Below, piece by piece: positions 36,701 through 48,660 of a stretch of 54,978 nt of DNA (positions are counted from its first letter, which is position 1; every line of letters starts with the position of its first letter). The notes under the pieces are model-generated. The model saw only the letters and a program-made list of their open reading frames with translations, was not told the origin of the DNA and searched no databases. Where the stretch lies: assembly GCF_006345805.1 (NCBI RefSeq), contig NW_021833767.1:1-54978 (forward strand), in the 5' to 3' direction. The stretch is from Octopus sinensis. Its lineage: Eukaryota. The translations under genes and the position numbers were made by a program.

Positions 36701-38205
36701 GCTAGAAATCTACGTAGGGTTGGCCAATACATATATTTTAATATTCATCTGTCTTTTCTGCCCCATTTATTTCTTCCTTTCTTGAAGTAAAATGCTAATC
36801 GAGTTCCTTGAGGCGCCAACGTGTGGTTTCGCAGTCTCCGGCAATTTAAATCTGGGGAAGCCCGGTGCACTCCTGGCCTAAGCACAAGCATATTCTCAGA
36901 GGGGAGAGACGGGAATGATCTCGGGAGGAGGAAATAGAAAACTTAACTCTGGGCAGATTTAGAATCTGAGTGCTGTGAGCCAAAACGAAGACATCAATCA
37001 TTGTAACCGACGCTGCAAGATTTCTGCCAACACACCACTTAAACATACAGATGCAAATGCCTACTCACTCAATCTCACAAACACACACAGATTCACATAC
37101 ACAGACGCACACACTGGCACACATATATATATATATAGATATACATATATCTATATACTTATGTATATATATATGCATACATATATATATAGATACAAAT
37201 ACACACAGACACACACACTATACATATACATACATAAATACATATATATATATACATACATGCAGATAGATAGACACACACTATGCATATACATACATAA
37301 ATACATATCTATATATGCATATATATAAATATATATATATGAATACACACAGACACACACACTGTACATATACATACATAAATACGTATATATATATATA
37401 TATATACATATATGCAAATACATACACACACACTATGCATATACATACATAAATACATATATATATGCATAGATATATATAAATACACACACACACATAC
37501 ATAAATACATATATATATGTTATATATACACATATATATGTACTTTGAGATAGATAGAGAGAGAGAGGGGGAGGGAGAGAGAGAGAGGCAGAGACGAGTA
37601 AGCAGACGGTGAGATCGATTCGACGATACATAGATTGATAGTTAAAGAGGAAAGTGGAGGGAAAAGTGAAACGTGATGGAGAAAGGCGAACGGAGATGAA
37701 GTGTAAGAGGTAGAATTTTAGGAAGAAAGAAGAAAAATAAACGTGAAGCGGATGTGTATTAATGGGGAAATGCAAAAGTTGGAGAGAGGCGGAGTAAGAA
37801 ACGACATCATGAAAGATATAAAAGTGAAAGTAGGAATAGGAAAAAGAGTGTCGAGAGAAATAGCGCAAAGAGGCAACAGGAATGGCGGGGGTGGACGGGG
37901 TGGAATCAAGCTGTTAAAGACATCACGTTTGCTAAGGTATATTCACTTGTGTCACAGAAGAGGAAGAACGGACGTAATACTTACTCCAAAATATACATAT
38001 GCACGTGCATACATACATACAAATATACACACACACATGTGTATATGAATACACACATATACATACATACACATACATACATACATATATATAAATATGC
38101 GTATATATAAAAATATATATATGTAGGTCCCGGGTTGATTCGGGGTTAACCACAGTAAATAAGGTACTCAATACATAGCAGAGTAAAATTAACTTATTAT
38201 ATAGA

Positions 38206-38262
38206 AGGAGCTTCTACAGGACTAGAACTGTTTCATTCAAGAGAAATCTTCAGGAAGCTCCT
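38206..38262 (-). ncRNA. Type I hammerhead with full helix III, canonical core CUGAAGA
   Basis: AGGAGCUUC CUGAAGA UUUC UCUU GAAU GAA ACAG [8 nt] CUGU A GAAGCUCCU; 9-bp helix I, GUA triplet (H17=38215), U.U at 10.1/11.1. Confidence 0.7.
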
Positions 38263-38277
38263 GAAGATATAAATATA

Positions 38278-38321
<44 letters not shown>

Positions 38322-38599
38322 TACATACATATACACACATATATATCTATGGTTAAATATACATATAAATATAGATATACATACTTTTGTGCATATACAG
38401 ACATTAGATGCATATCATGCATATATATATGTATATATATCATGCATGCATATATATATATGTGTGTATATATATATATATGTTTGTGGGTGTGCCTGCG
38501 GAGCGAGCATGCGTACAGGTATACATCCGTATATACATACGCATATATAACAGTATGCCATTTCGCCGCCTTAACTGGAGTATTCATATTAGTTTTAAA

Positions 38600-38692
38600 T
38601 ATTGGTAGAGGGGTAAGTGACCTACTGGTACTTATTTTATAGAACCCGAAAGGGATGAAAGGCAAAGTCAACCACGACGGACTTTGAACGCA
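38600..38692 (-). mobile_element. SINE family B core fragment
   Basis: GGATGAAAGGCAAAGTCAACC. Confidence 0.6.
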
Positions 38693-38975
38693 AACTAAAG
38701 CATCCATATTGTCTGATATGATAGAATTAACAAACAAATATTTTCGAAATCAAAACCGACTGCTTAAAAATATATACAACAGAACGTAGTAATGTCAAAC
38801 TGCTCAAGAAACAAATTGTCTCATTATGCCGAATATTCTATTGAATTATTGGTTTTCTGTTGCAGACTTCTGGTTAAACGTGTGTGTGTTTTTGTCTTGG
38901 CGTTGGTGTAGGTATAAGTGAAAACGACAAGGGTGGGGAGACAGTGAAGAGTGAGAAGATTACATAACTAATATA

Positions 38976-39286
38976 GGCGCAGGAGTGGCTGTGTGGTATG
39001 TACCTTGCTCACCAACCACAAGGTCCCAGGTTCAGTCCCACTGCGTGGCACCTTGGGCAAGTGATTTCTGCTATAGCCTCGGGCCAACCAAAACCTTGTG
39101 AGTGGATTTGGTAGACGGAAACCAAAAGAAACCCGTCGTATATATACATTTTTATATACCACCGTGATCACCATGGCCGACCAGACTATCAGATGTTGCT
39201 ACACATCGCTGGTCACAATGCGCTTCGCATTATTTTAGCCTTCAAATGACGCCGTCCCGCTGGCTAAGCGAACAGGCTAATATTTG

Positions 39287-39353
<67 letters not shown>

Positions 39354-39558
39354 GTGTCTGTCTCCCAGTATCGGTTGTCAAGCGATGCTGGTGTGTTTAC
39401 GTCCCCGTACCTTAGCAGTTCGGTAATAGAGACTGATAGAATAAGTACTAGGCTTACAAAGAATAAGTCCTGGGATCGATTTGGTCGTTTAAAGGCGTTG
39501 CTCCCGCCTAGCCGCACTGAAATGGCTGAAACAAGTAAAAGAGAGTAAAGAGTAAGAG
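38976..39558 (+). mobile_element. SINE family A with a nested insertion of about 120 bp (39165-39285) in the central microsatellite
   Basis: GGCGCAGGAGTGGCTGTGTGG head; right arm resumes near 39350. Confidence 0.85.
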
Positions 39559-39756
39559 CGCAAGACATGATAGGCACAACTAGAAAATCTTTGCTCTAAA
39601 GTCTGTTTGATCAGAAGGATTTAGAATAAGCTGTTATATAGACAACATTCACATATATCAAAATTTCTACTCTTGACAAGGATTAAAGCTTTCTTTATTC
39701 TACTTAAGATTATGCAAGCTGGATATCAAGTTGACTGCGCAAATATTAAAACGTTG

Positions 39757-40208
39757 AGGCGGCGAGCTGGCAGAATCATTAGCACACCAGATAAAATGTT
39801 TAGCGGTATTTCGTCTGCCGTTACGTTCTGAGTTCAAATTCTGCCGAGGTCGACTTTGCCTGTCATCTTTTCGGGGTCGATTAAATAAGTACCAGTTACG
39901 CACTTGGGTCGATATAATCGACTTAATCCGTTCGTCTCTCCTTGTTTGTCCTCTCTGTGTTTAGCCCCTTGTGGTTAGTAAAGAAATAGGTATTTCGTCT
40001 GCGGTTACGTTCTGAGTTCAAATTCCGCCGAGGTCGACTTTGCCTTTCATCCTTTCGGGGTCGATTAAATAACTACCAGTTACGCAATGGGGTCGATATA
40101 ATCGACTTAATCCGTTCGTCTCTCCTTGTTTGTCCTCTCTGTGTTCAGCCCCTTGTGGTTAGTAAAGAAATAGGTATTTCGTCTGCCGTTACTTTCTGAG
40201 TTCAAATT
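39757..40208 (+). mobile_element. SINE family B tandem array (two full units plus a partial third)
   Basis: GGTATTTCGTCTGC at 39805, 39989 and 40173 (184-bp period). Confidence 0.9.
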
Positions 40209-40231
40209 CAGAACGTTCTGAGTTAACGTTT

Positions 40232-40410
40232 CTTATTTTTTTATTACCCACAAGGGGTTAAACATAAAGGGGACAAACAAGAACAGACAAAGGGATTAAG
40301 TCGATTACATCGACCCTAGTGCGTAACTGGTACTTTATTTATCGACCCCGAAAGGATGAAAGGCAAAGTCGACCTCGGCGGAATTTGAACTCAGAACGCA
40401 ACGTTTCTGC
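40232..40410 (-). mobile_element. SINE family B, inverted relative to the adjacent array
   Basis: TTACCCACAAGGGGTTAAAC...GGCGGAATTTGAACTCAGAACG. Confidence 0.85.
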
Positions 40411-40954
40411 CTGCACGTCGCCTTATATCAGCTACGTATATTATGACATGCATACGCAAGCACATATTTCTTATTTAGTTATTTTCTAATTTTAAAAAAA
40501 TCTATTAAACCTGTATGATTTGTGCTATCTAGGAATACTGCTTTACAATTTAATACTTTGGAGATGAAAAATAACTGCATTCAAGGGAATCTTATATATC
40601 ACTCATCTGACAGACAGCAGATCAATACATGTATATTAGTATTTATTTTTCTGTCCAGTTATAATACAAATAGTTATTTATCTACTGGGTTACCCTATAC
40701 GTTTGTAGAGTACAAATTTATTATTCTTATACCAGAATTCTGTTGAATAATATATATATATATATACCCCATCAACTCTCCCATCGTTAGACAACGTATG
40801 AATGTTTAGCAATTTATTGCCGAACAGCCACAAAGATGATTTTTCCTTACTGATCAAATGTCGAAACAATGATCTCGCAATCGTGAGTGCAAAACCCTAA
40901 ACACTGGGTCATGCACCTTCTCTCTCTCTCTCTTTATATATATATATATATATA

Positions 40955-41405
40955 TGAGTACAGGACACCACAAATAAACATAGAACTCAACGAGAAATAA
41001 AAACATAAAAACAACCTAGGAAACGGCCTTTTTTTAACAACGAAAAAAAAAACAGAGTACAAGACAAACAATACAAGGAATATTTCCCTTGTACTTGTAT
41101 TTTTATTTGTATTTCTTTTCCGTCCTGTTCTTGTCACATTTTTTTCTTTCCTTGTTTTTACCTCTGCAAATGAATTTTATTTAATTATTTTGCAGGAAGG
41201 TCTTGGTCGACCGGATCGTGTTCTGCCCTTACCTTCGAAACACGCATTGAGTCGAACCAGGGAGAGCTGATGAAGGGGAAAATTCCTTGTATTGTTTGTC
41301 TTGTACTCTGTTTTTTCGTTCTTAAAAAAAAGTCCGTTTCCTAGGTTATTTTTATGTTTTCGTTTCTCGTTGAGTTCTACGTTTATTTGTGGTGTCCTGT
41401 ACTCA
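40955..41405. mobile_element. Family F inverted dimer (arms about 135 bp: 40955-41090 and 41273-41405) flanked by (TA)n
   Basis: Arms are reverse complements of each other by manual reading. Confidence 0.85.
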
Positions 41406-41429
41406 TACATATATATATATATATATATA

Positions 41430-41620
41430 TATGCATGTATATATACATGTAGATGTAGGTACGTACATACATATATGCATGTATATATACATGTAGATGT
41501 AGGTACGTACATACATATATGCATGTATATATACATGTAGATGTAGGTACGTACACACATATATGTATGTATGTATACATGTAGATGTAGGTACGTACAC
41601 ACATATATGTATGTATGTAT
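41430..41620 (+). repeat. Minisatellite of about 44-46 bp, about 4 copies
   Basis: ATATATACATGTAGATGTAGGTACGTACA repeated. Confidence 0.85.
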
Positions 41621-41740
41621 GCATATATTTTATTTATTAAATTATATATATATATCGATGTTTGCTTTTATGTCAAGATGTGAATATAGCCAATTTTATA
41701 TTGAACTGTAATTTGTGTGTTTGTATATGGATGTGTGCAC

Positions 41741-41771
<31 letters not shown>

Positions 41772-42379
41772 TCAGCACGCACGTGTTCCTGTATCTAATC
41801 ATACCTTCTATGATTATACTCACTGCATTTGGTACTGTTTTCTCCTCCTCACAGACAGCATCTGTTGGACTAAATGAGGACAGACATTCTTAGATATTTA
41901 TTGATCCAGATTTAAGCGTAATTTTTTTTCCCTCTCTGTGTGTCACTGGGATGTTAAGTCCTTTCCTGTAGTTTGAAATCTATACGAGGAAAGGAAATGA
42001 TTTTATCGATATCCCACGTCACGTGATACATATGTAACACTTGATCAGTGACAGCATTAAAACGTCAAAGGATTTTGGTAATTATACGAGTCACATGACA
42101 CCAAATGCGAGCAAAACTGATAGATATTCACTGCAGCGTGAACTTCTTCACATCGAGGAATGGTTTTATATTTTTTTATATATATATTTTCTCTAAATAG
42201 AAACCCACATATTTACGCGCTTTATTCACCTCATGCCATCTGAGCTTTCTGATGAAACAGAAGGATCTTTTGCGGAAATCTGAGTCGTGTTTGGGACAAG
42301 ACAAACCCTTTTGGTACCAACACGCATGAGAGCTCCCTGCTTCTCTGTTACAAAAGTCCTATATTAATCCTGTCAAATT

Positions 42380-42560
42380 CTTTTAACTGTTTCAGTCATT
42401 TGACTGGGGCCATGCTTGAGCACCGCCTTAAGTCGAACAAGTCGACCCCAGGACTTGTAAGCCTCGTACTTATTCCTTGTAAGCCTGGTTCTTATTTATG
42501 GGCCCCATATGCCGAAACGCTAATGTACCGGTATGTAAACATCGGTTGTCTCTCGAACAT
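42380..42560 (-). mobile_element. SINE family A right arm, diverged
   Basis: TGTTTCAGTCATTTGACTGGGGCCATGCTTGAGCACCGCC. Confidence 0.75.
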
Positions 42561-42567
42561 TTTTTCT

Positions 42568-42614
<47 letters not shown>

Positions 42615-42824
42615 CCTCCCTCCCTCCCTCCCATGTCTCTCTCTCAATCTATCTATATACGTTTTGAAAAACATAGAAAGATTCAATACTGTTATGCATA
42701 GGCTCTCAGTTCGCACCAATTATGCTCTCCAATGTTTCGAAGGAAAAGCAACAGTGTGGTGACTGAGAGTTTGATCGAAAATCTACATACGGAAATGTTT
42801 AGGATTATCAATAATACTTTCTAC

Positions 42825-43390
42825 TATACGCAAAAGGCCTGAAATTCTAGAGTAGAGGGACTAATCGATTACATTAATCCACGTGTTAAACTGGTACTTA
42901 ATTTATCGACCCCAAAAGGATAAAAGACAAAGTCGACGGCAGCGGAATTTGAGCTCAGAGTGTACCTATTTCTTTACTACCCACAAGGGGCTAAACACAG
43001 ACGGGACAACAAAGGGCAGACACACGGATTAAGTCGATTACATCGACCCCAGTGCGTAACTGGAACTTATTTAATCGACAGGCAAAGTCGACCTCGGCGG
43101 AATTTGAACTCAGAACGTAGCGGCAGCTGAACTACTGCTAATCATTTCGCCCGGTGTGCTCACGATTCTGATATAGGTTTATAAATTATCCTTTCTAATA
43201 TAGGCACAAGGCCTGAAATTTCGGGGAAAAGGAGGCAGTAGATTACATCGACACCAGTACGCAACTGGTACTTAATTTATCGACGCCAAAGGATGAAAGG
43301 CAATGTCGACCGCGGCGGAATTTTAAATCAGAACTCAGCGATGTGTGAAACATCGCTAAGCATTTCGCCCAGCATGCTAACGATTCTTAG
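42825..43390 (-). mobile_element. Three family B units (a dimer plus an adjacent full copy)
   Basis: CAAAGTCGAC/AATGTCGAC cores near 42930, 43085 and 43305. Confidence 0.85.
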
Positions 43391-44281
43391 GCTTATAAAT
43401 ACTGACGAGAACGGAAGTGACGAATCTACAGATAAGAAGTATTGAACTTACGTTTCCCATTATCGATCATATCAAAAGATCAATGATTTCATGTTCTGTG
43501 GCAAGTTTATATAATACTTATGACGTCAACATTATTCTCATTGACGTACACACACACGTACATGTACATATGTGCGTATGTATGTATACATATATGTATA
43601 TGTTTGTGTGTATATATATATATAAAATTAGAAAAAAAACACCTTTTATCAATTCAAGATGAGCAATTAAATAACACCATCTAGAAAATTACATATAATA
43701 GAAAAATTTAAATTAAAATAATAAAATGTCAAAGATTAAGTAAGTTGCAAAAAATAATAATAAAAACGTATATAATAGGTAAGTTTTGATTTTTTTCCCT
43801 CAAATAATAATTATATATATATATATATATATATTCTGTTAGCTTGCCTTCTTCGATTTCAGCACGACGTGTATTCATGGTGAATGTATATTGTAATGTG
43901 GTGTCTAACGATTTAAAGTCTATTCTCAGCATATTGACATAGAAATCTTCTTTCTTTTGCCCTTGTTTATAATTATATATCTATATGTATCTAAGTAGCT
44001 GTCTATCTATCTCGCTATGTATTTAATACATGTGTTTAATATGTATATTAAGAAATTTATCTATAATAATTATTGTAGCAATTTCCATTAAATTAGCAGT
44101 TCTTAAAAATTCTGTTTGGTTAATCTATACATATGAAATTATTTGTCTCTCTGTCTATTCCCAATGCATTCTCAAAGATATCCACCAAATCAAATCTAGT
44201 GTCAACATGTAATATTTTTCGTTTCTTTTAGAAAATTTATCATTTTATAAAGATAACCTTTCTTTCGTCAAATACAGAACA

Positions 44282-44321
<40 letters not shown>

Positions 44322-44322
<1 letters not shown>

Positions 44323-44434
44323 CTATCAGAATGACCGCTAGGTGAGGAGAGGGAATAAAAGTAAGGGGGTAAAAAAATTCATAATATTCGCGTAAGCATT
44401 CTCCCTCCCCTCAATTAGCGGACATTCTGATAGC
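44322..44434. repeat. Imperfect inverted repeat of about 35 bp, spacer about 40 nt
   Basis: GCTATCAGAATGACCGCTAGGTGAGGAGAGGGA versus TCCCTCCCCTCAATTAGCGGACATTCTGATAGC. Confidence 0.75.
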
Positions 44435-44516
44435 TCTTTTGTCTTAATAACGGTCAATCACACAGTAATTTCCTTTTGTTTAATGGTCATTTTTCATAGC
44501 ATTTTTACGATGGCCG

Positions 44517-44577
44517 GATAACTGAAGAGATGGCGGTGTGGGTTTTCACCCCGACATCCGAAACTCGAAGTTTTATC
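44517..44577 (+). ncRNA. Type I hammerhead, canonical core CUGAAGA, extended helix II
   Basis: GAUAA CUGAAGA GAUG..CGG..GUG/CAC..CCG..CAUCC GAA ACU CGA AGU U UUAUC; H17=44572. Confidence 0.65.
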
Positions 44578-44748
44578 ATGGCTACCGAATAATTGTCACG
44601 TATTATTTTACAGATATATATATATGTATATATAAAAGCAATTAAGATTCAAGTAAATTCCAATGAATTTACTTGAATGTGGTACTTAAATTAGATGCAC
44701 CAGAAAAACTATATGGTGTTAACCATACAGTAATGTGGGGTGATTGTG

Positions 44749-44790
<42 letters not shown>

Positions 44791-45594
44791 GTCTGTGTGT
44801 GCTTGTGTGTGTTTGTATATGTGGATTTTGTCCGAGTGTATTTGTGTCTGTCTCTATGAGTGTCTGTGTGTATGAGGGTGACTGGCTTACTCAACGGTCG
44901 CGTGCTTCTAAATTGTGGACCAGGTGTTGAATTCCGGTCTTGAGAAAAAACACTTCATCTCACGCTGTTTTAAGATAACATCGACCCCTGACCTGCACAG
45001 GCAATGGCGATTTGATGGATGGTATGAGCTAACGTACATTCCATACATTTTATTGCTTTAAATAAATCACCTGTTTAGGTTGGTCTCCAAGAAATTCCAG
45101 AACTGTATTTAACGGACGAGAGACTACATTCCACACATCCATACATATATAGTGTACATCATGTGTTAGTTTGACTTTAAATAAGCAAGACTTTGGTAAT
45201 ATGCCAGTGTAAAAAGATAATTTATTTTCTGAAGAAATAGAGCTCAATATTTGAAAACAGGTGGAGAGAGTGGACTGTGAAAGAAATATCTCGATTCCTT
45301 CATCTTTTTATTATTCACCTTCAAACGTCTGCTCTCCTTCCACGTAAACCTGAACACTGAATAACTTAATTTGAAATTCAATAATTTCTTGGTTTCACTC
45401 CGTAACTCTGTTACAACAGACGTATTTTGAATTCATCGATTTCTCACTCGAAAAAGTATCATGATAAAAAGAAGTATTCAGGGGAACTTAATCGATAATG
45501 TTTAAGAAAAGCCATTATATATTCATATATAAATATGTATGCATAAACGCTTGCACACACAAACACCCCGCCATATATATATATATATATATAT

Positions 45595-45970
45595 TTCGTT
45601 TTTGGATTTGGTTTGCAAGATACTTTATATGAGTTCGTGTGTTGAAGCATATTCTGTTGTGTCTGGGGAGAGTTATTCTCTTTTAGTGCCTTATAATTTA
45701 ACACGCTCACCGGTAAAATTTCCACTTATTTCTTATTTTTATTTTCTAAAATTTTCGTTGCATCTTGCAACCTTTTCAATAGTTTTGACTCTGTCCGTTA
45801 TTTACACTGCGTTCCCGTTTGTTTGTTTGTGCGCATGTGTGTCGGTCAGTGAAAAGGTTGCAAGACGCAATGAAAATTTTAGAAAAAAAAAAGAAATAAG
45901 TGAAAATTTTACCGGTGAGTGTGTCAAATAATAAGGCACTAAAAGAGAATGACTCTCCCCAGACACAACA
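45595..45970. mobile_element. Family G element with inverted arms of about 122 bp (45655-45778, 45850-45970)
   Basis: About 7 substitutions plus a T-run indel between the arms; (TA)n on both sides. Confidence 0.85.
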
Positions 45971-46071
45971 ATATATATATATATATATATATAATATATA
46001 TATATATATAATGGAAATATTAACATTTCTAAGTCTCTCTAAAGGAGATTACGGCAGCGTTACTGGATATT

Positions 46072-46463
46072 AATAGTTATCGCCATACTAATATGGCAGT
46101 CTATAAATATAAGACTAAAGCTGTCGCTGATTAGCTCCAAGAGGCCATCGCCTCTAGCTAGCTATATGACACCCGAACCTGCGTCCATTATAACCTTCAA
46201 ACAGGTAAATAAAATCTTCGAACAGACGGTCAGTAGCGACACCTGCTGGTTCTGACTACGCTGCATTGATAAAGGGAAACAACCTTGAAACATATCTGCA
46301 GATGTCTGACTAGCAAGGTGAAGCGGCTGACCTCCCCTGTTCGAAGGTTGTAATGGACGCCGGTTCGTGTGTCATAGCTAGCTAGAGGCGATGGCCTCTT
46401 GGAGCTAATCAGCGACAGCTGTAGTCTTATATTTATAGACTGCCATATTAGTATGGCGATAAC

Positions 46464-46467
<4 letters not shown>
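46072..46467. mobile_element. Foldback element, inverted arms of about 134 bp (46072-46205, 46336-46467)
   Basis: 5 substitutions plus a 2-nt indel between the arms; degenerate hammerhead in the spacer. Confidence 0.9.
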
Positions 46468-46506
<39 letters not shown>

Positions 46507-46586
46507 TATATATATATGTGTGTGTCTGTGTTTGTACTTATGTGCGTTTGCATTTATGTGTGTGTGTGTCCTGGGTTTGACATTAG

Positions 46587-46745
46587 GTGGTGAGGCTATC
46601 CAGAGGCAAAATGCTCATCGACATTTCATCCGTTTTTATACTGTGAGTTCAAATTACGCCGACGTTCATTTTGCGTTTCAAGATTTCGGGTTCGAGAAAA
46701 TAAATACCGGTTGAACACTGGGGTGGATGTAATTGACTTCCGCGC
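46587..46745 (+). mobile_element. SINE family B, diverged
   Basis: GAGTTCAAATTACGCCGACG...CACTGGGGTGGATGTAATTGAC. Confidence 0.6.
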
Positions 46746-47309
46746 TACCCCGCAATTTCGATCGATCGATCGAGAGAGCGAGAGAGAGAGAGTCTGCTTG
46801 GCCAGTGTGAGAAATATCACAAGAGCATCATATCAAGATTTTCGCCGCGGTTATTTATAACACGAATTTCCTAAGGGCTCTTTACTTCCAGATGTTGTTG
46901 AATTGTGCCCCTTATTATGTATAACCCGCTAAATCAAGTATGAATATGTGATGGGCTTTCTTACAACTTTTGCCAACATGTTCTCACACTGAATATTGTA
47001 TCTGCATACGCCTATGGTTTTACTGGCTTCTGGAATTTATCAATGAAACGAACAAATCTTTGATCCACATGACTGCAAAGCAAATTTGTAGCCATAAATT
47101 CACGCTCTGGAGACAATTAATGCTGTCTATTTAAACATAATTTGAGGTAACAGAATGACTATTAAGAGCACGTGCTTCACTATATTATACTGATAAAAGA
47201 TAATAATGTCCGTTCCCATGTTTGACACAAGTCCTTTGTATGTGATGAGTACTTCTCATTTAATTGCCAATCATTTACAGAAGCAAAACAAAGCGTAGAT
47301 GCATATATT

Positions 47310-47501
47310 TACGAGGGAGGGGGCTGAAAAGTTCCGAGTTCTTTTACAGGGGTTAGAAAAATAACAAAAAATCTCAAGGACTACTGAAATACATGTGTAA
47401 ATCTGAGAGGAGAATTTGTTGAATAAAATTATAATTAAATGATCCTCCTGGATTTTGTTTTTTACCCAAAACCAGGAGGTACTCTTCTGCACTGCCTCGT
47501 A
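47310..47501. mobile_element. Mariner-like MITE remnant
   Basis: TACGAGGG..GCTGAAAAGTTCC start and ...CTCTTCTGCACTGCCTCGTA end, TA at both termini; TIR is imperfect. Confidence 0.5.
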
Positions 47502-47506
47502 CATGC

Positions 47507-47750
47507 CATCTATCTATCTCTCTATCCGCTCAGTCGAAGTCGACTCTCGTTTACTCGTTGGATCAGTGTCCTCCAGTCAGTTCTATCCTGGGCCGCTTCT
47601 TTCAGATTGGCTATGTCCATTCCGGTATCCCTCTTGATGGTGTCAAGCCAGTGGGTTCTTGATCGGCCTCTTCCTCTCTTGCCACTGACCATTCCGAGCA
47701 TGATGTCCTTCTCCTCATAATATGACCCAAATATGCCAATCTATGCCAGC
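47507..47750 (-). mobile_element. 5'-truncated RTE-clade LINE 3' end with an internal frameshifting deletion
   Basis: My minus-strand translation: RLAYLGHIM / EKDIMLGMVSGKRGRGRSRTHWLDTIKRDTGMDIANLKEAAQDRTDWRTLIQRVNESRLRLSG*; stop at 47522-24; (GATA)n tail. Confidence 0.9.
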
Positions 47751-48259
47751 GCGATTAAAACATCAACAAATCTCTCTTTTGAATACCCCCCCCCTTTTGT
47801 CTGTCTGTCTATCTCGCTCTCTCTATCTGTCTCTCTCCCTCTCACCCTCTGTTAAATACATTAGTAGCCAATGCTTTATAGAGTGTTAGCGAACTATGCA
47901 TATTAATACGGTTGCATGGTGATTGCTATAATGCATTTAAATATTGGCCTGATTCCTCAGGTTTCAAGTTATGTCTTAACAACGTGCACAATAACGACGA
48001 CTGTTAAGGGTTTCGTACTCCCAAATCTTAGGGACTGGAATTTAAAACTTCAGAACAAGTTTTGTAAAAATTGGTATATTCTAGAACATCCGAAAACGAC
48101 TACCAATGCGGCTGCTGCTGCTGTCCTCCCTCTCCTCCTATCCCTCTTGCTGCGGCTGCTGCACCTCCAACTACCCCATCGTCTACTTGTTAGTATGCTT
48201 GTCGACCGTTACTTGTATATATATATATATATGTATGTATATATGTATGTATGTATGTG

Positions 48260-48291
<32 letters not shown>

Positions 48292-48298
48292 ATATATA

Positions 48299-48465
48299 GG
48301 CGCATGAGTGGCTGTGTGGTAAGTAGCTTGCTTACCAACCACATGGTTCCAGGTTGAGTCGCACTGCGTGACACCTTGGTCAAGTGTCTTCTACTATAGC
48401 CTCGGGCCGACCAATGACTTGTGAGTGGATTTGGTAAACGGAAACTGAAAGAAGCCCATCATATA
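48299..48465 (+). mobile_element. SINE family A left arm
   Basis: GGCGCATGAGTGGCTGTGTGGTAAG...AAGAAGCCC. Confidence 0.85.
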
Positions 48466-48630
48466 TATGTATATTTTTGCCTGATAGTGATTTTATCTCT
48501 AATTTAATTTATCTTTATACTGTGAAATTTGATTTAATCCTAAATCTAAATTTTCCCTGTAAGTTTGGATTTACTCCCTAATATTATTATAATATATTAT
48601 ATATATATATAATATATATATATACATACA

Positions 48631-48660
48631 TACTAGCAGCTAAGCCCGGTTTCACCCGGT
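48631..48660 (+). mobile_element. Possible Helitron/Helentron-type 5' terminus (extent unknown)
   Basis: TACTAGCAGCTAAGCCCGGTTTCACCCGG directly after a TA run, with a CCGG/CCGG hairpin; no 3' end found. Confidence 0.3.

Noticed and set aside
41230-41290. Type II (permuted) hammerhead CCTTC GAAAC...GTC...CTGATGA AGGGG
   Set aside because: Helix I cannot form (G opposite G) in either available copy.
42250-42295. CTGATGA...GAAA hammerhead
   Set aside because: No helix I and no proper 10.1/11.1 pair.
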